Source of the DNA: Octopus sinensis
Lineage: Eukaryota
Reading direction: 5' to 3'
Assembly (NCBI RefSeq): GCF_006345805.1
Contig: NC_043002.1
Location: 33,790,001-33,854,000 of the forward strand
Length of the DNA stretch: 64,000 nucleotides
Shown here: piece after piece, positions 1 through 13,500 of the stretch
How the letters are laid out: each line of letters begins with the position of its first letter
How positions within the stretch are numbered: position 1 is the first letter of the stretch
Program-made: the position numbers and the translations under genes
Notes under the pieces: generated by a model
What the model saw: only the letters and a program-made list of their open reading frames with translations
What the model was told of the DNA's origin: nothing
Databases searched by the model: none

Positions 1-49
1 TTTGTCACTGGAGGCACACAAGAAGGCAGAATCATGACTAAAAGATATA
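1..49 (-). CDS. WDR45: WIPI4 coding exon 9, partial (CISFSHDSAFLCASSDK...)
   Basis: Acceptor cttaccag at 50-51; the exon runs off the window; matches INFSHDSSFLCASSDK. Confidence 0.92.
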
Positions 50-1491
50 CTGGTAAGAAATAGAAAATAGAGAATTACAAATAAGAATATGATAAATACA
101 AGCATGGTTCATGGTTATGAGGGAAATATGTATATGTATTTATATGCGTGTATATACATGTGTGTATGTATGCATGTCATTATTCAGTTATATTTCAATA
201 TTTCTTGCCAATAGAGAGAGTTAGTTTCTAACCTAGATCCAAGATTCCGTCATTGGGATTTCAACAACATCAACAGGGTATTTTTATATGTATGTATACA
301 TGCAGATTTGTATGTTCGTTTTATGTATGTATTCTCATGCGTATAGTTGCATATCTAGACATGCTCAGATATACTTAAATGATAAACTTCTGGGAGGTTT
401 TACAGATTTTTACAGTTGCAATGATGGTCTGGATCTGTAGTCTTCGAATCAGCTGTCTCCTTTCTGGTTTTGAGAAGCCTTATTTCTCAAGATTGGCATT
501 TAAGCAATGTGTTACATATCCCAATGCCACAATAGTTACAGGTATAAACCTGAACTTGTAATCTGGACTGAGTAATTGCAGATTTTTCAATAGTTCAGTG
601 TAGGTATTCTCTTTTTCACTGATCTTCAGCTTTATGTTAACACCTGCTGGGCAGCTGATTTCCACAACTGTACACATTTTCTCTTCTCTATCCCAAATCA
701 TTATGTCAGGTCTATTATGTTTATATTTTATTGAGGTTTTCACTGGGACATTCCACCAGTATTCCTTTTTATTATGAGTAGCTTTGACTTCCACCACACT
801 ATGGGTTCTTATTTCTTTGTCCTCAGGGGTGGGTAGATGGATATGCAGATATGTATGTATGGGTAGATGCATGCATGCATGGAAAGATATATACAGATAT
901 GTATAAAGGAATTATGGGAATAGGGTCAGAATAGGTGCAGTAGCATCCTGACTGTAACCAAAATATGCTTGTGTATGTGTGTGTGTTACCATCACCATCA
1001 TCATTTTGTTTGCTTTTCATACTAGTACAAATTGGGCAGGGGATCTATTCTTATAAGCTGGACAGCAACCTCACTAGTCCTGTAAAGTGGTTGGTATCCA
1101 ATTGAAGGCGGCGAGCTGGCAGAAACGTTAGCACGCCGGATGAAATGCTTAGCAGTATTTCGTCTGTCGTTACGTTGCGAGTTCAAATTCCGCCGAGGTT
1201 GACTTTGCCTTTCATCCTTTCGGGGTCGATAAATTAAGTACCAGTTCCACACTGGGGTCGATGTAATCGACTTAATACCTATGTCTGTCCTTGTTTGTCC
1301 CCTCTATGTTTAGCCCCTTGTGGGTAATAAAGAAATAGGTATCCAATCAAAGGGATCATAACAAAGAAAACAGTGGAGCGTGATGCAGTTACTAGTCAAA
1401 TCACCCAATCTATGATAGAATGGAACATGGATGTGAAATGGTGATAATAATGATGTTGATGATTATGATACAAATATATAGATATGTGATG

Positions 1492-1530
<39 letters not shown>

Positions 1531-4500
1531 AGGATGTATGGCCTATTGGTTAGAGTGTTGCACTCATGATCGCGAGATCATGGTTTCAATTCCTAGACTG
1601 GGTGGTGTGTTGTGTTCTTGAACAATCACTTCGACACCTGACATGCGGTACACAGTGCACATGTTCGGACAATGTCAATTTGATGGAGAGTGTGAGCCAA
1701 TGTGTGACAGAAACATTTGATTCCTATAAACAAATCATTTGTGCAGGTATTCGGTAGTAGCTGAATGCTAATACATCATCTTTTTATAGGAGAGTCCATC
1801 ATACACACAATTACATATGTAGACTATATAACAGTATAACTATCCAGTGTCAAGTACACTAAGTAGTTTGGTGCATTTCAGGGAAGGACAGAGTACATAA
1901 GTTGTGTGAGGTACATACCAGTATAAAGTTGCAGTATCAGAACCTCTGCGAAGCTCAACCAGCAGCTGTTTGTTATAAACATTGAACACCCGTATCAGTG
2001 TACCCTGAAAAAAATACACAAATTAATGTTTCTTTGATTACATAAATTCTACAAAACTGATGCCACTCCAATTCCATCCTTTTAGTTAAAAGCATCAATT
2101 CTATACAATGACAGAATGGTTTTGTGGTTACACAAACTACTGGAAATAATAGCTAAATCTCATCTCAAATTCTTCCCATCAGTTTTAAAAATGAAAGGAC
2201 ACAGTAGATAATGTAGTCTTAGATACACTATGGTTGAAAAAGATAAGGATCATAGCTGGAACATTTGTGATCATAAATCTCCTGGATCAGGGCTGGCCTG
2301 AGGCTGAAGCAGCAATAATTTCATGCACTTTGTCCAAAGATACAGCTTATTCTCTTTGGCTAAACAACAACAATAGATATCAGTCCTCAGAGTGGTGACC
2401 ATCACCACTGAAATATAAAATTAGGCCACCTAAATGTACCGGAGTGTTGAAATATGCTGAAACAGGACGGGTATCAAAAAGAAATTCAACATACATTGAT
2501 TGGGACAACCATCCAATCACTGCATGATATCAAGGTGTAAGAACAAATAAATATGAACTCTCTTGTTGATTTAAAAATGTTATAGTTGTTTGATCAACAG
2601 GATTATTTCCTCATTAAAGCATATGTTATGGATTAAATAACAGAAGATGGTCCTATGGCTAAGATATACAGCACTCAAAGAAGGGTTGCCCCCCCCCCAC
2701 TCCAGACATGTATTACACAGGCCCACCAGTGTGTCATTAGAGCCAGCCTCTCTATCTAAGGATTTAATAGGCCTTGTAAAGCTTGGAAGCATAGGAGATT
2801 AGCAGACCAAGCTGTAAATAATCTAGCAGATGGAAATGGGAAACACCAGTGTTGTATTTTTGTTAAGAAAGGCCATGTAGCTTGAGACTACAACATAGAA
2901 GTCTATGATTGCTGACTCCTGTAGGCATAGCAAAGAGAGAGAGTTCACAAGTGTTGGGTTGACTCAAAATTATGGGAGAAGACACCTGCCCAAACTGCAG
3001 CAGAAAGGGATGGAACTAAGAACCTGATGTACATTCTGCTTGGTGAACAATACATCAAGATACTTGAAGTGACAAACCGGTGGTGAATTTCTACATGATT
3101 AGTCAACAACCGTGTGTCACATATCTCCTGATAGAGCTGGAGTCAGTGCTACATGACCATTATATAACAAGTACTGAATCACTCAAAGCAGACTAATAGC
3201 TTCTTGGTCAGTTAAAATTTGTTTAATTAAACCCTGGCACTTTGTTCATTCATTTTAAGTTTTAATGCTACAAGGTATCCAGCAAGATTAAAACTATTCC
3301 TGATGGTAAAACTTTCTGGTCGCACTTCTTTACATCTTTACTGATTCAAGAACCTGGTCTTTGAAAGGCTTGAAATTCTGTGTCACTTATTAATTTACAG
3401 AAATCAAAAATATTGTCAAGAACAAATATTGGTATTTTGGTGTATCCAAAAGAAAAAAAAATCATAACCAAATCATATTTACCTTGCGTGAGGCTGTGGC
3501 CAAAATAGAGCCACTCTGGTTCAAAGCCAAAGAAGCCAGCTCATTCTGGTGAGCACTGATCATCACCGGACATACTGACTGCCCTGGCTGAACTTTCTCC
3601 AAGTCCTAAAGAAAGACAGAAACAAAAAAAAAAAAGAAAAATTAATGAATGACTGGAAATCTCAAACATTAAGTGATAACCACATCCCCTTCTTTCTCTT
3701 TACAAAAAATACCAAGTCCTCTACAAAATTGTCTTGGTGTTCTGAAAGTTTACAAACACTTTCATATTTTACCAACAATATGACACTTTGTTTTGGAAAT
3801 TTATGTATTTTCATAGCATCACAATAGCCTTGACGTTAAGATGTTGGACAATTGGCTATGTGGTTATATGCTCAAATGTTACAACAGCTTTTAAGTACGT
3901 GCCAGGGCTAGTTCACAACAAAGTATTTACTGTGAGGGAGGATAAGCAGCTGTTGGAACAACTGCCACTGACGGTGGTATTTTGAAGTACAAGCATAAAA
4001 CAAAAGAGGTGAATACATAAAATATAAGCAGTTTATATCTGCCAAGACACAGAGAGAATTTTGTTAGCATTCAGCACCACATTTAATTCAATGAACTGCT
4101 TAGATAACTTGTAAGAAGTAGAAAAGTTCTGGTAGAAAGGTGGCATAATTAGTGCTGAGAGATAATTGCAGTGAAAGTAAGAGAGAGAAGAAAGTGATGG
4201 GAGCTGTTCAGTTGACAGCAATGGATTTCTTTGCAGACTATATGATGCGTGTAAGAGAAGCGGATGCTACATGGTAATAAGACACATGTGATGAGTATTG
4301 TAAGAGCTGTGGAGACTGGGAAAGAAATAAACTGAGCATAGTTTACTAGATGTGTAATATTGGTTTCAAATTTAAACACAAGCCCAGCAAGTTCAGGGGA
4401 TGTGGGTAAGTTGATTACATTGTCCCCAGTAGTCAACTGGTACTTATTTTATCGACTCCAAAAGAATGAAAGGCAAAGTTGACCTCAGCGGAATTTGAAT

Positions 4501-7500
4501 GCAGAACGTAAAAACAGATGAAATACCACTAAGCATGTTGCTTGATGCGCTAATGATTCTGCTAGCTTGCCACCTTTACTAAACGTGTAATAGTGATTTG
4601 TATGAAAGATTCTAAATGCGGTTAGAGAAGGTTTACATAATGGCATAAATTAATGTACATTGGAATCACAACCACACTGGTATCAATATGTAATGTAAAT
4701 AGTCATTGGGCTCTAGGTGAAAAAGTACTATGGAGAAAAAAGTGTTGAGTTTAACTCTTGAGATGTTGAGCTTTACTGTTAAAATGACGAGGTCAAGAGA
4801 AGTGGTGACATATTGAACTGCAGACTCATCAAACTCATGACATCGTTATAACGAAGACTTTATCAGTTCTCCAAACTAGTAATACGAGGGGCGTTCAATA
4901 AGTAATGCCCCTGACCCACTTCCCATAGCAGTAGAGCAACGAAACTTGGCACAGTTATTAGTCTTTTTCTACATAGGAACCACTCAGAGTTATGCATTTC
5001 TCCCATCGTTTGATGCAGCTCTGGAGACCTTTTTTGTAGAAGACCCCAGCTTGGTCCTCCAACCACGACGTGACTTCAGAAATCAAGGCTGCATCATCTG
5101 GGAAACGCTTTCCTTTCAAAAACAACTTCATGGCTGGGAAGAGGTGAAAATCAGAGGGTGCAAGGTCAGGAGAGTAGGGGGGATGGGGGAGGAGTTCATA
5201 GCCGCATGCCTGTGCTTCTGATCTGGCGACACGCGAGTTGTGGACCGGAACGTTGTCCTGCAAGAGGAGGATGCCTTTGCTGATCTTGCCCCGCCTCTTG
5301 ATTTTGATAGCTTCTCTTAATTTCCTCAAAAGTGAAGCATAATAGGCTCCTGTAATTGTGGTACCCTTTGCCAGGAAATCTGTCATCACTACTCCGTCCT
5401 GATCCCAGAAGACTGTGAGCATGACCTTGCCAGCGGAGGGTTGCACCCTTGCCTTCTTTGGAGGAGGTGAGTCACGGTGCTTCCACTGCATTGACTGGGC
5501 TTTGGTCTCTGGATCATAGTGATGGACCCAGGTTACATCCTGTGTAATCAGTCTTTTGAAAAATTTTGACTCATCTCTTCTTGGCACACTCTCCAAATTC
5601 ATCCTCGAGCACTCGACGCGTTCTTGCTTCTGGAAAGGTGTGAGCAACCTGGAATCCATCTGGCAGACACCTTTTGCATATGCAAATGGTCATGAATGAT
5701 AGTTTCCACAGACCCGGTACTAATTCTTGACCTCATGGGCTATTTGGCGAATAGTTATGCGTCGATCTTCCAAAATGGCAGCCTCAACTTGACGGACAGA
5801 TGCCTCATCAATGGCAGAAGGGGGACGACCAGATCTGGGAGCTGTTTCCACAGAGTTCCGACCATGTTTGAATTCACGATGCCAGTGTTTTACAAGGTCA
5901 TATGATGGGGCATCATCACCATAAGTTACTTTCATTTCATCAAAAGTCTCCCGTGGTGTGCGTCCTTTCAAATACAAAAACCGGATCACTGCTCGACACT
6001 CAACAGGCTCCATTTCACACTTGACTCAGTTCAAACACCTGTAAATCAGAAACCACAATTAGTTCAGAGCTGTAATTTTCCACTTAATCTATAGAAATAT
6101 AAATAATTGCACATGCAAACTTTCAGCTAGATCAAACAACTGCAAGTGGGTCAGAGGCATTACTTATTCAACGCCCCTCGTATTATAAGCTAGAACTGAA
6201 TAACACAAGTAAAATACTGACCACTACTTCGACACTTCCACACTTGTGACCAGGAAACACAACCACTTCTCGAAGTGTACTTATTTCACATAAGCCTGCA
6301 CAAAGAAAAAGAGGAAAGATTAATTTATTATAAACATCCAAAGGTTTACTTATTAAAATCAAAATTTATTTCAATCCATTCCAAAATTTTTCTTTTCCTA
6401 GATATAAGATCTTTTATTATGACAGTAAAGAAGTACGGAGTATATTGCATCAATAATATAATGTTACTGGTAATGATTTTTAAGAGTGTAATAAAGCAAA
6501 CAGAAGGATTTCATAATCTTTCATGATGTATTTAGGACTAACAATTTAAATCAGGAAGATATCTTCTTCCTGAATATATAGATCATAGACATCACTTTTA
6601 GTATTCACATGTTGAAAATTCCAGTGAAATGAAGGTATTTGTCTCCATGTATTTGAAATGGAAGGGATTGAAACTCCAGTGTATAACTGATATTTTCTCA
6701 ATCAATTTTGGAAGAATGAAAGAAAAATTCAACAACAGTAACATTTGAACCCTTTAACGAGAAAGTGCAATGTTGCCTGCGATAACTTGTCTGCTAAAAG
6801 CAAATAATGGTTCTTAATTAGACATCTGGATAATTAGACCTTAAACATTTGTATATAGGGGAGAATAAGTGGAGATTTATAGTTTTTAGAAGGAAGACCT
6901 ATGAGAGAAATTGTAGTAACCCTGACTACAACAATACATAGCAGACTGTTAAATAGTTTATTATGTGATACCTAACCAGTGATGGTTTGATATAACTCTA
7001 CACAAGTCCCTGCATGAGTAAGCTATTAAGTTACACAGAAATAGTGATGGTGCAGTAGTATCCAATACTCTGTTTTACAGCTTGATAAAAGCTCTGTCTT
7101 CACACAAATAGGGGTTGAATAACTCTACAAATCCATATGTTTTAAAGAACAGTTGTAATGGATGTATCAAAGTTGATTTACATTTCTAAATATAAATTAG
7201 TCAGTTGTCAAGTAGAATACCAAAATTGATTTGAGTTGTGTAATGTGCCTAACAGTTTAACAAAATGCTGGTTGCATAGTAACTGAGGTACTTAACCATT
7301 GATCTATCACATCAATACAGAAGTGTGATCTATCAATGGGCAACATGTAAGAGGTGATATAAGAATATGTTACCTTTAAAGTTATCTCGTGTTCGGAATG
7401 AGTACAAATGTGTGGAGTTATTGGGGAAAGAAAACACATGGATTTCATTTCGCAGCACACAGAACAGTCTGGAAAAGATAGAAAAAGTAATACTGATGGT

Positions 7501-10500
7501 GATGATGTACAGAAGTGGTTATAAATGAATGGACTCCAGTATGGCAATGGTATGTATTGCCTCTCCAATGGGATGAAAGACATAATCAGTTAGGGAACAG
7601 CATTTTCAATGTAATGGAATGTAAATTGCTTTACTAAGGCTAAGTCATCATGGCCAAGTTCTTCGCAGAAGCTTCAAATCTCAAGAGGAACCAAAGAAAT
7701 TCTGGCAATTCAACTTGAACTGCAGCACTGAAAGTCTTTTAGGGTCAACCACATAGCAACAACAAAGTCAGTTCTGGTAGGATTTGACTATGGGTGAAAT
7801 AGGTAACTAGAGAGGGGTGTTTGAGCAGTGGACTGACTATATGCTCTCACTAACAAGACTCCACAACTCTGTTTTAATCCGTTGCTGGAGGAATTTCATT
7901 TCACTGCTATTGTATCTGAGAAAGGCATGAATGTCACAACTCTTGATCTTCCCTTTCTTTGAACACAACAAGTGTTAATTTCCAATGGTCAAGTAAACGA
8001 CCCCCCCCCCACCACCACCACCATAATTCTGTAAAAGTGCCTGTGAAGCATCATGTAAAAGCACCCAGCATACTCTGTAAAGTGGTTGGCATTAGGAAGT
8101 GCATCCAGCTATAGAAACTATGCCAAATCAGACTGGAGTTTGGTGCAGCTCTGGTCAAACTGTCCAACACATACCAGCATGGACAATAGGCATTAAATAA
8201 TGATCACACTCACACAGATACTTGAGTTTGTTTTGACAATCATTATAAAGTTTGGCTTCACTTCATTTTATTTACAATGTTAATGCATTTAGGCAAGGTA
8301 TGAATGTCACAAATTCCTTATTTCATCTTCATACAAATACAGAATCATTGTGTTCAGTCAAACAATTACAAACTGGAAATGGCATGTCATGTTAGGAGAG
8401 AAATTATAACATATTGTGATTGTTGTTGCTTAGCCCAAGGTCAGCGTAATCCAGTTGACCAGTGACCAAAAGTGTCCCACTTATGACCAGCCTAGCCTGG
8501 GAATCAAACTCACTAACTCATGATTGTGAGCCCAATGCTCTAACCACTGACCCATGAACCTTCCAACTACATAACACCAGTTTTAATTCTACCCCTTGGA
8601 CAAGTGGATTCTGCCACAGACTTAAGTTGACTAAAGCCCAGAGAGTGAAGTTTGTTAAATGGAAACTATATCAAAGTCCATTGGGGCCATGTCCTATTCC
8701 CTCTCCTAGCTGAAAGGTCTTTACCTTGCAGGTGCTGGTGCAATGTAAAATGCACTCATGCTAGTGACACTTAAAAGCACATGTGCTGGTAGCACGCTCT
8801 GTAAAGTGGGTAGCATTAGGGATGGCATTCAACTGTAGAAGCCATGTCAAAACAGACAATTGGAGCCTCAGCAGCTCTCCAACTGGCCAGCTCCTATCAA
8901 ACTGTTCAACCCGGGCCCAAATGGAAAATGGACATTAAACAATGATGATGATGATGAGTGGCAGACTAAGTCTATCTCCTAGTTTAATACAACGACTTAA
9001 CTGTTCAGTGTATTTAATGAAATCCACCACGTTGCAATTATTCAGGCCAGGTCCCCAATTTGAAAATAACTTTTCTTTCACTTGTCTTGAAGAGCCTAAA
9101 AAGGGGTTATGAGTGTTGTCCTGATCCCTACTGACTAAGTCATGCAAAAAGGAAAAAGTTTAGGAGAGAGAGATAAAAACCTCAACATCATCAAATTTTA
9201 GAAGAATGAGAAGAAAGTAAAAGGCCTCACTTGTTTCTCTTCATGCGTATATTCATGACAGGCTGTGAGAAAATATATTCAAGGGCAAACTTCCTTTCCG
9301 ACTTTTGACTCTCATCCCGGATCAACACTGAAGAAAAGTGAAACAGAAGACAAAGGATAAACTTACAAAAAATACTTACAGCAAACATACATCTTGTGTA
9401 ACAAAGGAACTGAGATCGAACCCTGCCAATAGTATCTCTCTACGACATATTGTGAGCAAGGCTTGAGTTTGATTATATTTTCGTAATAATTTCATATTTG
9501 TTTTGGTCTTTGTATAAACTAATGTGGGTTGAATAGGTCAGTAAATTTATACAATTGATGAAAGTGACACCTTATCACAAAAAAAATTTTTTTAATTAAA
9601 CATTGACCTTGCAGATCAACAGGTTTTGCAGAGGTGTAAACAAGATAAAGACATCAGATATCTAGAGTGAGAATGCAGCCTATGTGTGTTGTAAGTCAGT
9701 TCATGTAGGGCACACTGAGGTTACAACAACAACAAACAATACAGCAACAAATTTACCACACACACACACACACATGGTGGACTCTTCTGTCATAAATGAC
9801 AGACAAGGGTGTTCTACAAATTCTTGTTGAACAACTTACACAGATGATTTATTCAGTGTTCAAATGTTTGTGTTGCACAAAAGCTCACTCCCTCCATCAA
9901 ATCTACATTGCCTGTACAGGTGCATGACATGTCACACATCAAATTGCAGAGCAAAATGAAATGAAATATTTTTCTCAGCTGTGTGGTAAGAAACTTGCTT
10001 CCCAACCACATGGTTCCAGGTTCAGTCCTACTGTGTGACAACTTGGGCAAGTGTCTTCTGCTATAGCCTTGGGCTAACCAAAGCCTTGTGAGTGGATGTC
10101 GTAGATGGAAACTGAAAGAAGCTTGTTATATATATATAATGTATATGTTTGTGTGTCTGCGTTAGTTCCCCACCATCGCTTGACAACCGATGTTGGTGTG
10201 TTTACATAACCTAACAATTCGACAAAAGAGATCGATAGAATAAGTACTAGGCTTACAAAGAATAAGTCCTGGGGTCGATTAGTCTACCTTAAGGCAGTGC
10301 TCCAGCATGACCACAGTCATATGACTGAAACAAGTAAAAGAATAAAAGAATACAAATACACAACAACACTGAACACCTTTTTGATCTCCATGTGTCTAAC
10401 ACACGTGGACATGCCTACAAAGTCAGAAAACAGCACAGCTCCCATGACTTTCGGAAACATTTTTTCACGCTCAGGGTTGCTGAAGCGTGGAATAAACTGC

Positions 10501-13500
10501 CTGCATCAGTTGTTGACTGCCATGACACTGCATCCTTTAAGGCCCTCATGCTTCCCGAAATCCGTCGAAACTACACCTGATTATATATACACTTTAGATG
10601 AGTTGTAGTGCACCTGAGCACTGTACACAATTATTATTATTATTATTATTATATTATACAGTTATACAAACAGAACTTCTAAGAAAGCATTTATTACCAG
10701 TATTGTCAGCAAACTTTGGACAACTTCCACCTCCCACAATTCCAATAAGGTTGGTACGGAACAACATTTCAGCATGGGAAATGCTACCAATATTTTCTTT
10801 TCCTGAAATACAAAAGAAATTTGACAAAGTATTAGAAATATTGGACCATCATCATCATTATTACTGAGAGAGAGAGCAGTGAATGCCATCAAAGTGACAC
10901 TGGGGTACAAATACGCATCACGAGTACTTGCCTGATAAGGGTACACCAGGCACATGCATCACAACCATGTGTGCGCAACATGGTGATCTCATATCAAGAC
11001 AAACAGTGCGTGACCTTGCAGGTGGGGCCCAGTTAGAATTGTCTTGAGGTCCATTCCGCATGATGAACAAATCACACTTTTTTCCAGAGGTCAATTATTC
11101 TAACCCCAAAGAATTCCTCTCAACACATGGCTATGATGCTCCCCAACTACTGCTTATGATCAAAGATGCACATATCACCAGCCACTAAGGGACATGCTCA
11201 ACTGGTTAAGGTCAAGCAACTGACAAGTAAATCTGTGGTATTGAGCAGAATATTTGCTGCAGTCTATCTTTTATACCAAGACTGAACATGTACATGATAA
11301 CACTTCCAATCAGTTAAGATCAAAAACCATGAAAGCCACTGCCTGGTAAATATTACTGTTACTAAGAATGGTGCTCAGTAAAACCATCAGGGTGCTAGAC
11401 AAAATATCTTACTCCAATTGTTCTTATGTTCAAATACTATCAAGGTCAATTTTGCCATTTATCCTTTTGGGGATCAATAAAATAAGAATCAGGCAAGCAC
11501 TGGAGTTTATGTCATCAACATATCCAGTCTCCCTAACATTTTTGGCCTTGTGCCAAAATTTGAAACCATCATCATCAGCAAAAGTGGTGAACTGGAAAAA
11601 TGTTTTAGCAGTATTTAATGTCTCTACATTATGAGTTCAAATCATGCAACAATCAGCTTTACTTTCATCCGTCTGGGGTCAGTAAAATAAATTACCAGAC
11701 TGGGAACAATAGAATCAACAAAGCCCCTTTCTCCAAATCTGAGACCTTGATGCTCATGCTATTATTATAATACCCCTGTTAGAAACAATAATTATTAGTT
11801 TTGGTTACCAAATCCACTCACAAGGCTTTGGTTGACATGGGGCTACAGTAGAAGATACTTGCCCAAGGTGCTATACAGTGGGACTGAAACCAGAACCATG
11901 TGGTTGGGAAGCAAGCTTTTTACTACACAGCCATACCTGTACTTTGTATGTGCATACATATCCATGTCTGTAAATCCACATGTATCCTTGTTCATGTGTG
12001 CATGTGTTTCTAAGCTTATGTGTACATATGTATCTATGTTTGTGAGTACACATGAATCTATGTTCACATGTATATATGTATCTACATGCATGTGTATGTC
12101 TTGTATTTGTATGTACACATGTATCTATAGTTGATAAAGCCAGTTGGTGTTTAACCCATTAGAAATGAAACTGGCCACACCTGGCCCAAATTGTCTACCT
12201 GATTTTGGCCTCTAACACCTACTCAACAATCATATCATTGAAATCTTGAAGCTAGAAGATAATCGCTAATTAATTCAAAACAGTGTGAATGAATAACCAT
12301 TACATTCTACAGAGTAATCTGAATGCAAATAGAAAAAGAGAGACTAAAACTTAGAGAGGTGGGGAGTATGATAGTTAATTGAAGTCAATAGAATGAAGGA
12401 ACCATGCTACTTACCGACATTTAACTTTTCTGTGAGTGGTTCTATGTTGAAGAGACGTAAGCCAGTATCTGAAGCACAGCTGAAACATCCTGAAACAATG
12501 GTAAAATATATGGAAGTAAATAAACTGGGTTAGACTAACAATCATGTCATTGTAAGGGTTCTACAAAAATGACAAAAAGAAAATACCTAGAGATGCGAGC
12601 AGTTTGAAAACTTTATGTAACAGGCTAAGAAATTTTAATTAATTAAAACCTTACCTATAGTCATTCATGTAAGTTATCAAATCACCCAATTTTTACAGTT
12701 CAGCCCAAGATTTCTCAGTTATGATTAAACTGTGCTAATCTGATGAGTTTTAATAAACCTGAAACATGCATGGGATTGTAATTTGACTACTAAGGACAGA
12801 TATACTACATTCCATATTTAATTAACTTTAATTAAAATTTCAGGGTTGCCCTTCTGCTTTTTTGCCAAGAGTTAATCATTTAGATAATTACTGCGTACAA
12901 AGTACCCCACCTACAGTTCGTTGGCTAATGAACAAGAGAAAGTATAGGATTGTGTGATCCCTCTGGTTCTATCTCACGGAGGACTATTTATTCTTTCTAG
13001 TATTATCGTCTTGCAAAAATGTACCCTGTAAAGTGGTTGGCAATACGAAGGGCATCCAACCACAAAAACCAAGCCAAATGACATGCTTGAGTAGCAGTAG
13101 GAGCTGCGGTTCCCAATGAGAGGTAACTCAACTGTAATGATCCGTCCAATCTATTCTAACCTGGAAAGTTGAATAAAATGATAATGATGATGATGATTTA
13201 CACTCGTCATTGAAGGTATAATTTTAATTAAGTAAAACATCTTGGGCTACTTCATTAATTACACTGGCATCTACTCAACAATCAACATTCACTAAAGTAT
13301 TTGTTACTGCCAAGTCCAGCTGAATAGCATAAGTAGTGATGTTTTATTATTAGACTGAACCACTGAGATGTGGTGGAAAGGGTGACTTGATGTAACCTTT
13401 TAGCATTTAAACTGGCCATGCCTGGCCCAAATATTTTGCTTGTTTTTATATTCAGACTGGCCAGATATGGCCTCTCATATCTATCTTACAATGTTATTCT

